A stretch of DNA of 64,000 nt from Amphiscolops sp. MND2022 (Eukaryota). This document shows positions 1 through 14,500 of this stretch, piece after piece. The DNA lies in contig OZ076409.1 of assembly GCA_964187785.1 (NCBI GenBank), forward strand, positions 90,212,001 through 90,276,000, in the 5' to 3' direction. The notes beneath the pieces are model-generated. The model was not told the DNA's origin and did no database searches. It was given only the letters and a program-made list of their open reading frames with translations. How positions within the stretch are numbered: the stretch's first letter is position 1; every line of letters begins with the position of its first letter. The position numbers and the translations under genes were made by a program.

Positions 1-532
1 AGTATTACATCTACGAAACTCCAACAAACGATTCGAATGTGTTTGTTGAAGTCTATCTGCGACTAGTGACACCCGATGTTCCTCTTTACGTGGCTGGAAG
101 ATACTTCGAAACCTTTCCTGTCAACCCTGGTCTCTCCATTTCAAAAATAGCCTCAGTGAGTGATATATCTTAAAAATTATCTTATTTTTTCAAGTTGATT
201 TTTGCCAAACTTTAACTCGAAATGTGATGCGAAAAGCAACTGACTGGCAATTTGAAAATTTTATGCTTTTTCATTGTTTTTTTTTAATCAAACAAATTTT
301 ATCTTGTTCTTACTCTTCCTTGTTTCTCGAAAGGTATTATTTTGAATATTCATTGACACCTTGTCACTTGATCTGAACATAATTTCATGATGATACGAGT
401 TTGGCGGTTGTCTCATTAGGTCGCAACCGAGGATATCTCACCTCAAGTGTTCGGAATTCAAGTTGTTGTCACTAACCAGTCACCCCTGAACATCTACAAT
501 GCAACCGTTTCTGACGATGTCAACAGTTTGAT
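1..532 (+). CDS. Upstream duplicate copies of two EVC2-like extracellular exons (1-155, 420-532)
   Basis: They match exons 2870-3028 (from 2874 onward) and 3292-3404, with the same splice signals. Confidence 0.7.
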
Positions 533-539
533 GTGAGTA

Positions 540-987
540 TTTTTAGTCGGCGCTTTTATTAATAAAAGAGCCCGACTATTACAGTCACTCGTTTTTTTTA
601 TTTAAGACAGACTAGAAGCGACGAACGTTAACGTTCAGTATCTTCAACTAAAGCAAACTAAACGAATACCGCGGAAACGCATCTAAGTTATTCCAAAGGG
701 TCCCCCTTTGGTTTTTTACTTTTTCAATGAAACCCACAAAACCGGACGTGCCTAAAGGGTCCCCCCTTTGGATTTTTTTCGGCACTGTGCGACTTTTTTT
801 TCGAAAATTTTTTAATGTCCACAAAGGGTCCCCCTTCGAGGTTTTTGATATTTTGCAACGGAATGTATGTTAATAAATCCAGAAGGGTCCCCCTTTTACA
901 TTTTTCGGCACTATGCGACATTTTTCGATGTTTTTGCGCTTTTTGAGCCTTAGATATGGCGCCGACTTTAGACGTTCTCATCTTGTT
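540..987 (+). mobile_element. Helentron/DINE-1-like non-autonomous element (second copy at ~3412-3859)
   Basis: 5' T-run plus AGTCGGCGC with an adjacent partial inverted repeat (gagcccgact); internal aagggtcccc repeats; 3' GCGCCGACT sub-TIR, degenerate hairpin and CTTGTT; no TSD. Confidence 0.65.
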
Positions 988-1073
988 GTCTTGTCATCCG
1001 TCTTTCCTCTTGTTTTCTCTCTTCTGTAAATCTTCATGAGTCTTTCGTTTAATTTGGACTTTCGTGAGCCCAG

Positions 1074-1208
1074 AAACTTCAAAAAAAATCGAAAATTTTC
1101 TGGAAATTTTTTTGGGTACTGTAGAGGAGAGTACTTGACACTTTGAAGTCCTTTTGCTATTTTTGAGCCTTAGATATGGCGCCGACTTGGGCCGTTCCCG
1201 GCTTGTTT
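1074..1208 (+). mobile_element. 3' tail of the Helentron/DINE-like family at the duplication junction
   Basis: Ends in gagccttagatatggcgccgacttgggccgttcccggcttgtt. Confidence 0.65.
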
Positions 1209-1214
1209 TATTAC

Positions 1215-2472
1215 TTCTGTTTTAGCAGGAAAATTATTGAAATCTCAAAATGTCTACTTTTTTCAGTACAATTCTTGGCACGATACTGAATATTCAGATA
1301 TTTTGTTCGGCAATGACTATAAGCGTAAGAATTAAATTTCTCAAGCTGCCGACGTCAATTCAATTCGCGATAGAACGAGCGAGTGGTAATAATGCATTCG
1401 TAAGCTGACGTCATTGAGATGAAGCGAGCGAATGTTCGTAATTGTGCTTTCGTTGCGCCGAGTTATTGCGATGAAGCGAATGAGTGTTAATTATACTTTC
1501 GCGGAGAGCTTCGCCTGCATTCAAATATATATTTGCTTTAGTCCGAGATTTACTACTATTACTACTAAAAGACTGAATTGATTCTAGAAAGAAATACTTG
1601 ATATTTACATGTACAGATTTTTTTAACAAGAGATTTAAAGGCGGTATAAACTGGTACAGTGCTTAATTGTGCGCTAAATAATGATTAAAAAGGAGTGTAT
1701 TGGTATTCAGATATGATTCTATTATTAATGAAAGATTAAAGCAGAAATAGTAGTGTGCCCCGGAGGGGCCTATTTTCAGATCAAATTTAATGAATTTCTA
1801 CATTTTTTTGTCCCTTCACCTGGCCTAGTACTCAGTGTGTGCTTCAGAAAGGGGTCGCCGGTTAAATTCCCGTGTTTCAACTTCCCGTGTGTTGGCAAAA
1901 CTAGGCGACACCCAATTTTTTTTGTTTTTGAAGCTGTTACGCGGTATTATATTGTTTCTGCTTTAGCAGGAATATTATTGTAACCTCAAACTGTCTACAT
2001 TTTTTTCAGTACAATTTTTCATACGATACTGAATAATTCAGATATTTTGTTCGGCAGTGACTGTAAGCGTGGGAATTAAGTTTCTCAAGCTGCCGACGAC
2101 AATTCAATTCTAGTGCGATGGAACAAGCGAGTGGTAATTATCCATTCGTATGCTGACGTCAGAGATGAAGCGAGCGAATGTTTGTAATTGTGCTTTCGTT
2201 GCCCCGAGTTATTGAGATGAAGCGAATGAGTGTTAATTATTCGTTCGTTGAGAGCTTCGCCTGCATTCAAATGCGATTGCGAAACTTCGTCTACGCCTAG
2301 TAGTTATATTTTCTTTAGTCCGAGAAGAATTAAAGGCGGTGTAAACTTGTACAGTGATTAATTGTGCGCTAAATAATGATGAAACAAGAGTGTATTGGTA
2401 TTCCAGATATGATTCTATTATTGATGAAAGATTAAAGCAGAAATAGTACTGAGCCCCGGAGGGGCCTATTTT
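1215..2472. repeat. Diverged direct repeat pair (~1215-1777 and ~1955-2472)
   Basis: Both copies begin ttctg(t/c)tttagcagga and end cccggaggggcctatttt; they give the similar spurious ORFs at 1411 and 2085. Confidence 0.85.
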
Positions 2473-2593
2473 AAGTTATAGTTACAACTACATATGCGAG
2501 AAGTACATGTGGAAAAGATGCTTTTTGAGATTTTTGGGAATTTAAATGGTCTGTTTCTAGTTTACTTCAAAATTGACAATGTTTTTGCTTTAG

Positions 2594-5500
2594 ACTCAAA
2601 CTACCTCTTGGAAATATACCGTGTCACAATTGGAGGATCCACAATTGCTGTGAATCCTCAAATGACTGAAATATCGGCAAATAGCGAGATCAACTCACCT
2701 TGTGTCAGTGATTTATGCAACATAAACACCCGTCCTCTGTATAAATACACAATCGATGTTTCTACCAGTTGCTGCCCGAAGAATACTGCAAATAGTATTG
2801 AGGTTCTTTTATTGATTTGGTTTTTAAATTTATTTCGTGCTTTTAAACGTCATCTAAGTGATTTTTCAGGTTGAGTATTACATCTACGAAACTCCAACAA
2901 ACGATTCGAATGTGTTTGTTGAAGTCTATCTGCGACTAGTGACACCCGATGTTCCTCTTTACGTGGCTGGAAGATACTTCGAAACCTTTCCTGTCAACCC
3001 TGGTCTCTCCATTTCAAAAATAGCCTCAGTGAGTGATATATCTTAAAAATTATCTTATTTTTTCAAGTTGATTTTTGCCAAACTTTAACTCGAAATGTGA
3101 TGCGAAAAGCAACTGACTGGCAATTTGAAAATTTTATGCTTTTTCATTGTTTTTTTTAATCAAACAAATTTTATCTTGTTCTTACTCTTCCTTGTTTCTC
3201 GAAAGGTATTATTTTGAATATTCATTGACACCTTGTCACTTGATCTGAACATAATTTCATGATGATACGAGTTTGGCGGTTGTCTCATTAGGTCGCAACC
3301 GAGGATATCTCACCTCAAGTGTTCGGAATTCAAGTTGTTGTCACTAACCAGTCACCCCTGAACATCTACAATGCAACCGTTTCTGACGATGTCAACAGTT
3401 TGATGTGAGTATTTTTAGTCGGCGCTTTTATTAATAAAAGAGCCCGACTATTACAGTCACTCGTTTTTTTTATTTAAGACAGACTAGAAGCGACGAACGT
3501 TAACGTTCAGTATCTTCAACTAAAGCAAACTAAACGAATACCGCGGAAACGCATCTAAGTTATTCCAAAGGGTCCCCCTTTGGTTTTTTACTTTTTCAAT
3601 AAAACCCACAAAACCGGACGTGCCTAAAGGGTCCCCCCTTTGGATTTTTTTCGGCACTGTGCGACTTTTTTTTCGAAAATTTTTTAATGTCCACAAAGGG
3701 TCCCCCTTCGAGGTTTTTGATATTTTGCAACGGAATGTATGTTAATAAATCCAGAAGGGTCCCCCTTTTACATTTTTCGGCACTATGCGACATTTTTCGA
3801 TGTTTTTGCGCTTTTTGAGCCTTAGATATGGCGCCGACTTTAGACGTTCTCATCTTGTTGTCTTGTCATCCGTCTTTCCTCTTGTTTTCTCTCTTCTGTA
3901 AATCTTCATGAGTCTTTCGTTTAATTTGGACTTTCGTGAGCCCAGTTCGCAAAAACGCAAGTTACCGTGCTAGCATTCAAAATTTTGATTTATGTCGATC
4001 TGTCCGTCAGTCACAACTGATTTTAGGGAAGACTGTCTTGAATCAAATAGTGCTGCCTTTTTGAATAGAGTTGAGACATCTGCCAGGGAAGGTAAATCTT
4101 CTTGAAAAGATCACATTGTGGATCAGAGGAAGCATAAAAATCGGAAAACCTTTCAGAATAAGTTCATATCTAACCCCTTGAGGAATGGAAGCTCCTCAGT
4201 AAAACCCAAACTGAAGGAATACTTTTTTGGAAGTACCCTTTCTAGACGGGATCCTAGGCAGATGTCCCCCACTGATTTCAGTGGAAGGCAATTAATCTTT
4301 TCGTATAAGTGTTCGACTGGCCCGTTTTTGATAATTCAGGGTGCTTGAAAACTCCAACAAGAAAACCCCCACGGATTCTGAATGGACAGAAGTGGATTCC
4401 AAACTTGTTGCGACCATGGGAAGCATTTCTCCAGCTGATTCCAACTTGGTTTACTCGTACGATGTTTCTCTATTTGGGAGTGGGGAAAGTTTTCCTTCTG
4501 GAAAGCAATGGAGACAAGTCTCGTTCACCTATTACATGATATCAGAAGCTGAAGCAATCAATGGCGTGAGTACTGCTCATCAGGTCTCTGTGATCAAAGG
4601 CAAAATAAAAATCGAAGTTTTCAGTTTCATTTGATTGTGATTTCAGTATCTGGGAAAGCAGTATGTGATATCTCCTGAGTGCCCTCTATGTTTTGAAAAA
4701 GATTTCCAATCTATAGTCAGCGTAAGTACTTATTTTTAGTCGGCGCTTTCTTAGAATTTTTTGTATTTCTTAAGACCAGCTCAACCTAGTTTTTATGCTT
4801 GCAAAAGTAGAGTGGAGACCAATGGGTCCCCCTTTGGATTTTTCGGATTTATTGTAGCTTTTTCGAAGTTTTGTTTTCATTGAACGTACCGTTTCTTCAC
4901 AGACTAAAGAGGTGTACGACTTCGTGATTGTTGCCATCTTGATATGTTTCATTTTGGGATTCCTCCTGATGTTCCTGATTCTGACGCTCATGGTTCTGTG
5001 TATGGGCTTCTCTGCCGTTGTGACAATATCCCCTGTCGCTGTTAGTACTACTCCCTTTGAAAACCTACTTTTGGTTGTAACTAGTCATATGGTGAAACTC
5101 GGATGTAACTTGAAGCTCAGAAGCATTTAACCAAATTCCGATGACTCTTCTACTAGATGGTTGGTTTATGAGGTCTAAAAGATGAGAGGATGGAATAAAC
5201 GGTTGTTAATCTTTGCTGTAGGATGAAGAATCTTTGGAGGACAGAGAACGTCGAATGCGGAAAGACATGAGAGAAAAACGACGAGCGGCTAGACAAAAAC
5301 GACGCGAAATTCGTAGTAAAAACAAAGAACAGGTAATCAAATTATGCAAAAGTATTCTCTGGTTTATATTAGAAACTTGCAGTAGTTGTGTCCTTAAATT
5401 TGGTTTAAATTTTGTGATAAACTTGAAAACCAGATTTATTGTTTGGTAATTTTCAACAGGTAACAAAATCAGCAGTTCTGATGAAGAAAATGAAGCTCTA

Positions 5501-8500
5501 CTTTTTGGGGTCGAAAGAAGCTTATGACTCAGCGCTCTCTTCGCTAACATCAACAACCTCTGTTGATTATGAGAACTGCAGTCTTGTTCAAATTCTGTCG
5601 ATTGAAGATGCTGAGAAGACGGAGAAGGAAATTTCATGGTTAGTTAGCTAGTGCTTTTATGAACTTTGCCAGCAAAACTATGGAAATATTTTCTACAATT
5701 GAAGGTCGTGTTATTAGATCTGCAGAAACAACGTAAAAATACTAAGTCATATAATGAAAGATTTTTGAAAGCCAAAGTTGGTTGCTTTAATACCAGCTAG
5801 CTTTTTTTTCGTTCCCTTCAAATGGGCATGAACTGTTGAGAAATCATTTCGTATCCTGACTTGTTTGCAATATGAATACCTTTTTCACTGGTATAGTTCA
5901 GATATCTCATTTGTTTCAGCTGTGACATCGGGGAATCTATTGGTCTGGACAAGAAAGTAGATCAGTACCGTGTGCAGTCTATGATTCTAGTCATAACATT
6001 GCTCTTGAAAAACATGGTGGAATCGAAGAGCATAGATTCGCAGCTGTCTGAACGATTGATTAAAAAAGTTCAGTTGAATGTTGCTGAAATGCAACAATCA
6101 ACTAAAAAGGCTGAAACGTTGGAGCTAGACAAAGTGTTGCGGTGTTTGAAGCGAACACACGAGGTAAGTTGAGATAGATTGTCTACTTTAATGTTGGAAG
6201 CTCATTTTCGTGGTAAGCAGGGTTCGAAAATGAGATTGTTCCAGAGGAAAATCATGAAACTGCGTTTGAAGCAATTGGATGAAAGGAAGTATAAAGGATC
6301 ACTCTTGAAGAAAGAACGCAAAGTTGTGAGTAAAGAACCCTATTTCTTTTGAATCGTGATGTGCGTTCCAATGTTTCTGCTCATAAAAGAGTATTTTAGG
6401 ATCGACACAACGTTCTGCAAATTTTGGACAAACAACACAAGAAAGAATTAGACGAACTTGCTTTTGTGTTGCAATTGGAAAGATTTCATGCTGTTGAGAA
6501 CGTCCGAAAGGTTGTTCCATTTTTCTTTCCCATTCACACCATTCTACATTGTGTTGATGTTTTAAATCTGCTGAATTTCAGACCGAGTTTTGATACTGCG
6601 AATCAGCGCCCGCGCAGAATTAATTCAGCGATTCAAATTAGCTGCCACTAATAGATTATGAGAAGACACGCGAAGTTTCGAAATGAATTTCGAAAATTCC
6701 AACTCTTTTTCTTGCAAAAGTTGAATAAAGTTATGATTTTGAAACACACACATTTAAGAGTTTGAAGAAAAAGTTTTTCAGCGAAATTGCGATTTTGAAA
6801 TTGGCGATTAGCGAAAAAACATTAGCGATGTTAAAGCCCACTCTGTTTCAGACAAAGGCCATAGAACTGCGCCTGAAAATAAAAGGAGCCATCAACCAGG
6901 TTTTGGTTGAACACTCGCCTCAATTTTCTCGCCAGTGCTCAGACCTTGAAACTTCTGGGTCCTCTCTGGAAGACAAAGAGGAATCAGCTAAACTGGAGAT
7001 GCATCTGGCCTTCTTAAGACGTGAGTTTGTCAATCACGTGAATAACATTGAGAACGGGCTGGATTCACACGTGACAGGTGTGAAAAGTCTCATGGACGAG
7101 AAGCTATCTTGGCGTCAACATTTTGTGTCTCAAAAACAACTCATAATTGAGCGACAGAGACAAGCATTGAATCTGATAGCGGAACATATCAAACGCTTCT
7201 TGGAAACACAAATCAGGTTTGTGAATAGGGTAGAAAATATCATATCAAGCTTGATATCATTAAAGAATGCGACTTACTTGCGTAGTCAATTCAATAATCG
7301 ATATAATAGTTAGTTATAATGATATAGTAAATGATAATCGTTGGATAATATTGAACGAATTCAAAAACGACAAGTTTGCTCAAAGGAAAAATTTTAAGAA
7401 TTCCAATGTGATTGCAAGGAGTTTTTCCAATTTCTGCGAGCAGTATTTCAAAATTTAAATCACTTCGCGTAGATTCGCATTCTTTCATTATACAACTGTA
7501 TTACGCTATGTATGTTGTCTATGGGAGTTTTATTTGAGTTTGAGATTCTGCTGAGAACGAATATCACCCTGAGAAATCATCTTAAAATGAGAAGCAATAA
7601 AGATCAATTCAGTTCAAAAATGAGTCTTACAAACTGATTTCAGCCTGGGTAGATTGGAAGATAAAGACCGCAATGTGTGGCTCACGCGAATGAGCGCCGA
7701 TTTGGTTGCTATGCGAGAGGCTCGAGTTATTGAACAGGGCCGTCAAACCAGCTCTTTGGATCAGTTGAAAATGACCACCTTCAGTGAAATTAGAAAGAAT
7801 CACGTTATCAAGTTACAAGAGGCGCTTGAGGCATTTGACAACGAAAAGATTCCTGCTATTGTTGCTGGTCAATTGGGTTTGTAATTTTTAGTCAAAATCA
7901 CCAAAGATAACCAACAACTGAATTTTTGTATAAACAAGCCGGGAACGGCATCAGTCGGCGCCCACTTAAGGCTCAAAAATAGCAAAAGGACTTCAAGGCG
8001 TAAAGTATTCTCGTCTACAGTACCCGAAAAAGGGGGACCCGATTTTTCTCATCCATGCTAAATATCGAAAAAGATGAAGGGGGACCCTTTGCAGACATTC
8101 AAAGAATTTTGAAAAAAGTCTCAGTGCCGGAAAAAATTGAAAGGGGACCCTTCAGTTTCGTTCGGTATTGTAAGTTACGCTAAAAAAGGAACGACTATTA
8201 TAGTTCAGTTCCCTGTGCCAAATGGTACAATTTCGTAGAACTATGTAAAACTATTTTGGGCAGTTCGTGTGGATTGAAAAAAGCCATTATTATATTCGCG
8301 TTTGACTGTGAAGCGCCGACTAAAAAGTGAACATTGAACAGAAATATTCAAGTCCTGATTTTGACTCTCAGCTAGACCTTCGACACATTGTTGTTTACAG
8401 ATGTAAAGAAGTTTTTGGAAGACCGTTTCCAAGTGATCACAGAACAGGCTCTGGAGTATGGACGTCAGCAGATGAACCATGACCAGGAGTGCAGTAAAGA

Positions 8501-11500
8501 GTACACGGAGTTGATGCAGTCTGTATTCGAAAAAGTATACAGTGCGCTCGAGACACTGGCACGGGCTTATGTTAAAGATTTAAAAGCCAATGGTGAGTTT
8601 ATTATAATCTCTCTCTGACTAATTAAACATTTTAATAATTATTGGATCTTTTTTCCTTTGTTTTTGGATCCAAATTGTTTTTGGTGAAACTTTGAGCTTG
8701 CAAGCTGTCTAGAGAAAGGCTTCCTTCAAGCGGGCTTGTGTCCCTTGGAGGTCTTCTTTGATCATGAAAAAATGTTTATTTATACACTGTAACAAGAATT
8801 GCCAAATAAATTTAATTTTTATTTTAAGAATCAAAAACAACGTTAGAATTTATTTCTCATCATGGATGTGAAAGTTTTCAACGAGACTGCAAGAGGAAAG
8901 GAATGTTTAAGCAAAAGCAGTAGCGCCTGCGGATTGTTTGATTCGGCTGCCAAGTTTTGACCTGAAATATGTATTTGACCTGACTCGTATTTCATAATAG
9001 TCTTCATTCATTTGAAAATCCACCGACTGGGTAGCCTGTTCTGTAGAGTTACCAAGTGATACCGGGAAAGCACTCCGCCCTATTCATGATTTGTGTCAGT
9101 AATAAGATTCCTGAGGAAATTGACTGTGTTCATATCTTGCTGTTCATTCGGCATTTTCTTTGGAACCATTGCTTTACATCGCAAAGTCCCCCAAGTATCA
9201 CCATCAATGTCAACTTTTTTGAACAGGGTGTGAAGAAGAAGAAGCGGATGCCTTGATTCAACAATTCCACCGCGACAAAGAGAGAATGAAGCTGAATCTC
9301 GAAGAGCAAATGTCAAATTTGGACGAATCGCAAAAGGTTTATTATAGATTTCTACTTTGAAACTACAATTTGGTTACTCATTTGACGACGTTTTGAGGAC
9401 GTTTTTTGTAGAAACAAATGGTTAAGAAATCGAAGAAATGGCAGCAGATACGAATCGAAGAGAAGGCTGCGCAAGACACTCTCAGACAGCATGAAGAGCG
9501 GCTTGTAAAGTTAGTACAGTAGTCTATTCAAGTATTTGTAAAACATAATATTACTTGCGCTATGATCACATCTCGATAATTCTCGCGCGTTTTTTTAGTC
9601 CCGGCGGTTCCTAACGTAACATCAGATTCATTTTTGCTTACTATCGCAGGGTATAGTACTTACCTTGTAATAGTTAACAAAATTTAATCTGATGTAATCA
9701 CAATTGTCTTATCAACTCACGAGTGACTTCCAAAGTTACTTCAGTTGTTCATTTTGACATTTCTGAAAAACACCGCAGTCAAATTTTTTGTTGCGATTCT
9801 TTTTTGAGTTGCATCGATTATTTTTCAGCTTGTAAAATCAAAATAATTCAGTGTTTCTTTATCGAGAAAATGTCTGAAGCGTCGATCATTGACTCTTTCT
9901 CAGTGATCTCATTCCATGACGGAATTATTTTGATTTAAAAATGCTTAATTTCAAAATCAGCACAGATGCTGCTAATGACGAAACCTAGTTGATTAGGAAA
10001 TGGAGCGAGTTTTCCCGAATTCTTTCTTTTTTGATCTGTATCTTCGCTCCGAACGTTGTGGTATCAGGCAAATACTACTGTATATCAGTTGCAGTTAAGC
10101 TAATCACCTCCTGAAATTATGATTAAGTGAAGCAAACATGTTCACTTGAAATTGCACCCTTGCATATTAAATATATTTTTTTCAAATGTACAAGCCAAAC
10201 CGCGGGTGTGACTCGCAATTTAATGCCGCTAATCGCTAGCATCTGATGTTAGAAATCTTTATCGCCATTTCACCCCTCACTATTTTAACCTTTGAAAAAC
10301 AAAAAAGTTTTTGAGTTTTGCCAGGTTTCCTGCTATGGAGCGTGTAATTAAATTAGACTTGTAGCACCTGAATTCTGCAAAAGGCGCCGTTCAAGCTTCA
10401 GTTTCGACAAATTTGCATCATCACCTCTGCATCCTCGAGTTGTTCGCCACTACGTTGCTATTGGATGCAAAATGGTTTTTAGTGATATAGGGATAATTGG
10501 GTTTCGCTACCACTGCGCCAAACAATTTATTTTTCAATTCAACTCATCACATTCTGTTCAGGCAAATGGTGGGCTCTAAAGTCGGCCTGTCCGAGGGTGA
10601 ATCGGAATTGCAACGAAGGCTGGAGGCTGAGCGGGAACAGCTGCTTGCATCTGTTGAAACTAGTGTCACGATGAAGAAACTGCAGAGTCAGTTGGAGCTG
10701 CATCAGCTGTTGTACTCTCGCAGAGAGAAGCGATTGGAGAAGTTATTGAAAGCCCAAGCAGCTGAGCATCTGGTAGGCATTCAAAGATCAGTATTTAGAC
10801 TATTTTCGCGTCTCATTTTATGTACTGTAGTGATATTAGAAGAAGCAACATAGACACACCTCAAAGTCGAATATCTCAAAAATATCATTTCGAACCAATC
10901 GAATGAAAAGTTAGATTTCTTGAATAAACATTCAAAATTTACAATTCAGACTTTCAAGTTTAGTAATTCCTCCGCTGATCACTACTTGAATTGACCTCTG
11001 TATTTAAGATTGAAAGTTTGCTGCTATCCGAGGCAGCACTATTCATTCTTCCTCTTCTACGTGTATAGCTCGATATTAGCGTATGCTGATTTTGAATTTT
11101 TATTGTCCATTTTGATTGTCCAATTTTTGGAATTAGGCACTTGGAATCAAGATAATAAAAGTACGCTGATTTCGGAAAATAATCTTGAATGACTTTTCGT
11201 AAATTTGCATCTTCCTACGCTGGATGGTCTGCCTATTCTTCGATGCACCGAATTCATGCACTGATGAGATTTGCTTATTTGCACTTTAAGTTTTCTCGCC
11301 TCTTCTTTTTCTTGTCAGTAGTGGGCTTCTTTTGTGCTTTGCCAGCTTCACAGCTTCTCCCTTGATTTTGGGTGCCGTCACGTCTTCGTTTTGTTGTCAC
11401 GATTCGAAAGAGTTGTTTGACTTTGAAGAGTCGTAGAGCATGAATTTGAGGGGTCCAGGGAGCCCCGTGTAAAAACTATTGATACACTCTCTCTAAATGT

Positions 11501-14500
11501 CGAACAACTCAAATCTCAAACCACTAACGCCATCTATTGGTCTACGTTAATTTCCTAATTAATAAATTTTCGTCAATATTCATCAGTGTGATTCGAGTTG
11601 AACACTTAGGTACGTTCTTTTTACAGTTTAAAACGTACGTTTTTAATATGAAGGAAGAATTTTTAGGCTCGAGAAGAAAGGAAGCGTTTGAATACCGATG
11701 ACATGACTGACGAAGAATTCGTGAAGTCTCTGATATCAGAACGTGTGCACAAAGCGGTAGTCTCACTTCCCAAAGCCAAAATGAGAGAGGCTCTTTTCCA
11801 AATAGATGAACAACTGATGAGGGAGAAGCTGAAAAATATTCAGAAGCAGGAAGAGAAAATTGCTGCTTTCGTGGTTGCTCAAGAGTTACAGAAGGCGCGC
11901 GAGGTAGGCTGTTGTTCAGATTGTATTTCTTGATGTCCTGTCTTATACCATCATCTCGCTGCTAATAAAATATCCATTTCTTGAATTAGAAGCTCAAAGA
12001 ACGAGGCTGGCATACGCGTGATATTATTGTTGGTATGCAACTTCCCAAAGCTTTAATTCTTTAATTTCTAAAGGAAAAATTTTAATCATGCCAAAAAGCT
12101 CATATATAGTCATGAATGTTTTGGAAGGGCTAACTTTTCCATGCAAACGTGACCCTTTTACTTTTTGTTGGTCAGAGAATAGTCTTTGGAAACAAAAGTG
12201 GCATCATTTCGTATTTAGAACTTAGTCGTTGCCAAATCTCTGTTCTAAGTGTCGGTTTTTGTGGTTTGATTTTTTTTTAAATTCTCCCCTTTCGGTTCTC
12301 ATGGTTTGTATTTTTAGTTGGCCAAAATAGAGGAGCAGCATCAGAGGTTGATTAAACTCAAGATGTGTCTCCTCACCGAAGTAGGCGTAAAGCATTCGCA
12401 AGACAAAAGCAAGGATGAGAAGAATACTGGAGCTGAAGATACATCTGCTGCTGGGAAACTTCTGACTCAATTCGAACAGGTTAGATTTTTACACGGCCCT
12501 GTTAATGAAGTTATCAATTCAATATCCCAGTGCATTCGAACTTCCATTTATTTGGAATGACATTAATTACTCATGTTTCAGGAGTCGGAAAAATATTTCG
12601 ACTACTTATGCAATCATTCTTTTTTCTCCCGACCTATCAATGAAAATTTCTGATTTCTCAAAAACTGTTCAAACTATTTATAAAATTTAGCAGTCATTTT
12701 ACACCCATAGGTGCTTCTGTGTGCGCAATCACATCAAAATTGTATGATTTAGATCTGAGAAAGATAGTCAAAATTAATCCAAAAATGAGCAAAAAACTGC
12801 CATTTTTGGACTTTCCCATTTTGTCAAAAAATGTCCATTCGATTCGAACAAATTTTTTGCATTCATTCTACATATTAGGGTCCTATGTCTGCAATGAGAT
12901 CAAAATCGTATGACTGGGAGTTGGTCCAAAATTGGCCAAATGACAATAAAGTAGGCAATTTGTTTTTCAATATTTTTATCAGTTTCCGACTCCTTCACGG
13001 TATATGCGGCTCTGGTTTGGACTTCTTATCTTGAAATACTACGTGAAAATGAATAGCTTCTGAAAGATTCTCAAATGTCTGTGCAGCATGTCTTTTTGTA
13101 ATTTTAGAAACGGAAACAAGTAGATGATTTATTGCAAGACGAAAAGGCCAGACAAGATGACAAACTGAGACACAAAATCGCGGCGAGGGCTCAAATTAGA
13201 CAAAGCAAAGCCGAGCTTATGCCGCGTGACTCTCCGGGTTGGTATCGTTATTTTTGGTCACTTATTCAAATCATGATAAAATGGCATTGTATCATTCTTG
13301 AATTGTACTTTAGACACTTCGAAAAACTTGAACGACATGGCCAAAATGATCAACGAGGCCCACAGTACTGAGTTAGTTGTATTTTCTTTATATTTACCCG
13401 CTCAAACTTTCTTCATTGGTCAATCACGTTCTCAGACATTTTCAAGATACATGTCGACTACATGCAGCTGTTATATTTTTTTCCAGGTGGGATTTCGGGA
13501 AAACTTTACGTGAATATTTTGCAATATTTTTTCTGTATGTCTTAGGAGCATGCTTGATCCATTCATTACGCCAAAATTTTCCGACGTGAACGCGTTTTCG
13601 TATAACATTTTTTGTTTTTCACTCAAAATTGTAATCTGAAATTGTTATAGGGAAAGCAGTTGAAGAAATATTGATGAGTCCTAAAAGGGTGATTTTAAAA
13701 AACTGTTGAAGGTAGTGTTTATTTTTCCAGGTTTGATCAGACGCTGGATGAAGAGAAGTTTGAAGAAATGACTCACAAGAAGTTCCATAAAAAGAAATTG
13801 GAAGCTCTGCAAAAACAAGTATGTGGGCACTCAATACCACTTACTCAAATGATTGTACAAAATGAATTAACTTCTGAATTCAGCGAATTCTACTCTAATA
13901 ATTATCTTGTCCGGCAAGTCACCTTGTTCAAAAGTGCAGATAAAAGAGTCAAAAAAATAAATGTCGAAAACGGTGACTATAAAGCGGTTTCAACCTCCGG
14001 TTCGGGCTGAAAATTGAGTTGAAATTGAAACACTGACTTATAAGAAAATAATAGTCGTTTCGGAACCTAAATCTTTTTTGTTTCACACGTTAAATATTGG
14101 GGAGAGAATGCAATGTGCTTTCAGTTAAGATATCCTTTTCAAAAGCCTTCTCTGTGTAACCCTAGATCAATGATGATTGGTTGACTCGGAATTTTTAATG
14201 ACTTGTTGACAAATCATATGCTTTTGGAGTGTGAAATGTTGAAGTTCGGTTTGGTTCACTATCGCTTGCCTGTTATCTAATACAACTCATGCCCAATCTT
14301 TTTTGAAAATAACAGTGACGTCAATAGCCGAGACAAAGCCCTACTACAGCATTACAATGATTATATAAATAAGCCAGCAGTTAGAAATCGACACATCTAT
14401 TGCGGCGACTGTACATGAGGGAAGGCCCTCGTGATTTACGACAAACCAATCCTGGTGCTCATCCTGACAGTCAATCCTCTGTGATTTTAGTGCTTTTCGC

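Larger units (their letters stand above)
1..3945. repeat. Near-identical tandem segmental duplication: 1-1073 matches 2874-3945 (period ~2872 bp)
   Basis: Direct comparison shows only a T-run indel and one substitution (729 vs 3601). The twin 85-aa ORFs at 724 and 3596 confirm the match. Confidence 0.95.

Noticed and set aside
724..981. 85-aa ORF, its twin at 3596, and similar KGGP/KKSHSAEK ORFs
   Set aside because: Chance frames inside the Helentron/DINE-like repeats.
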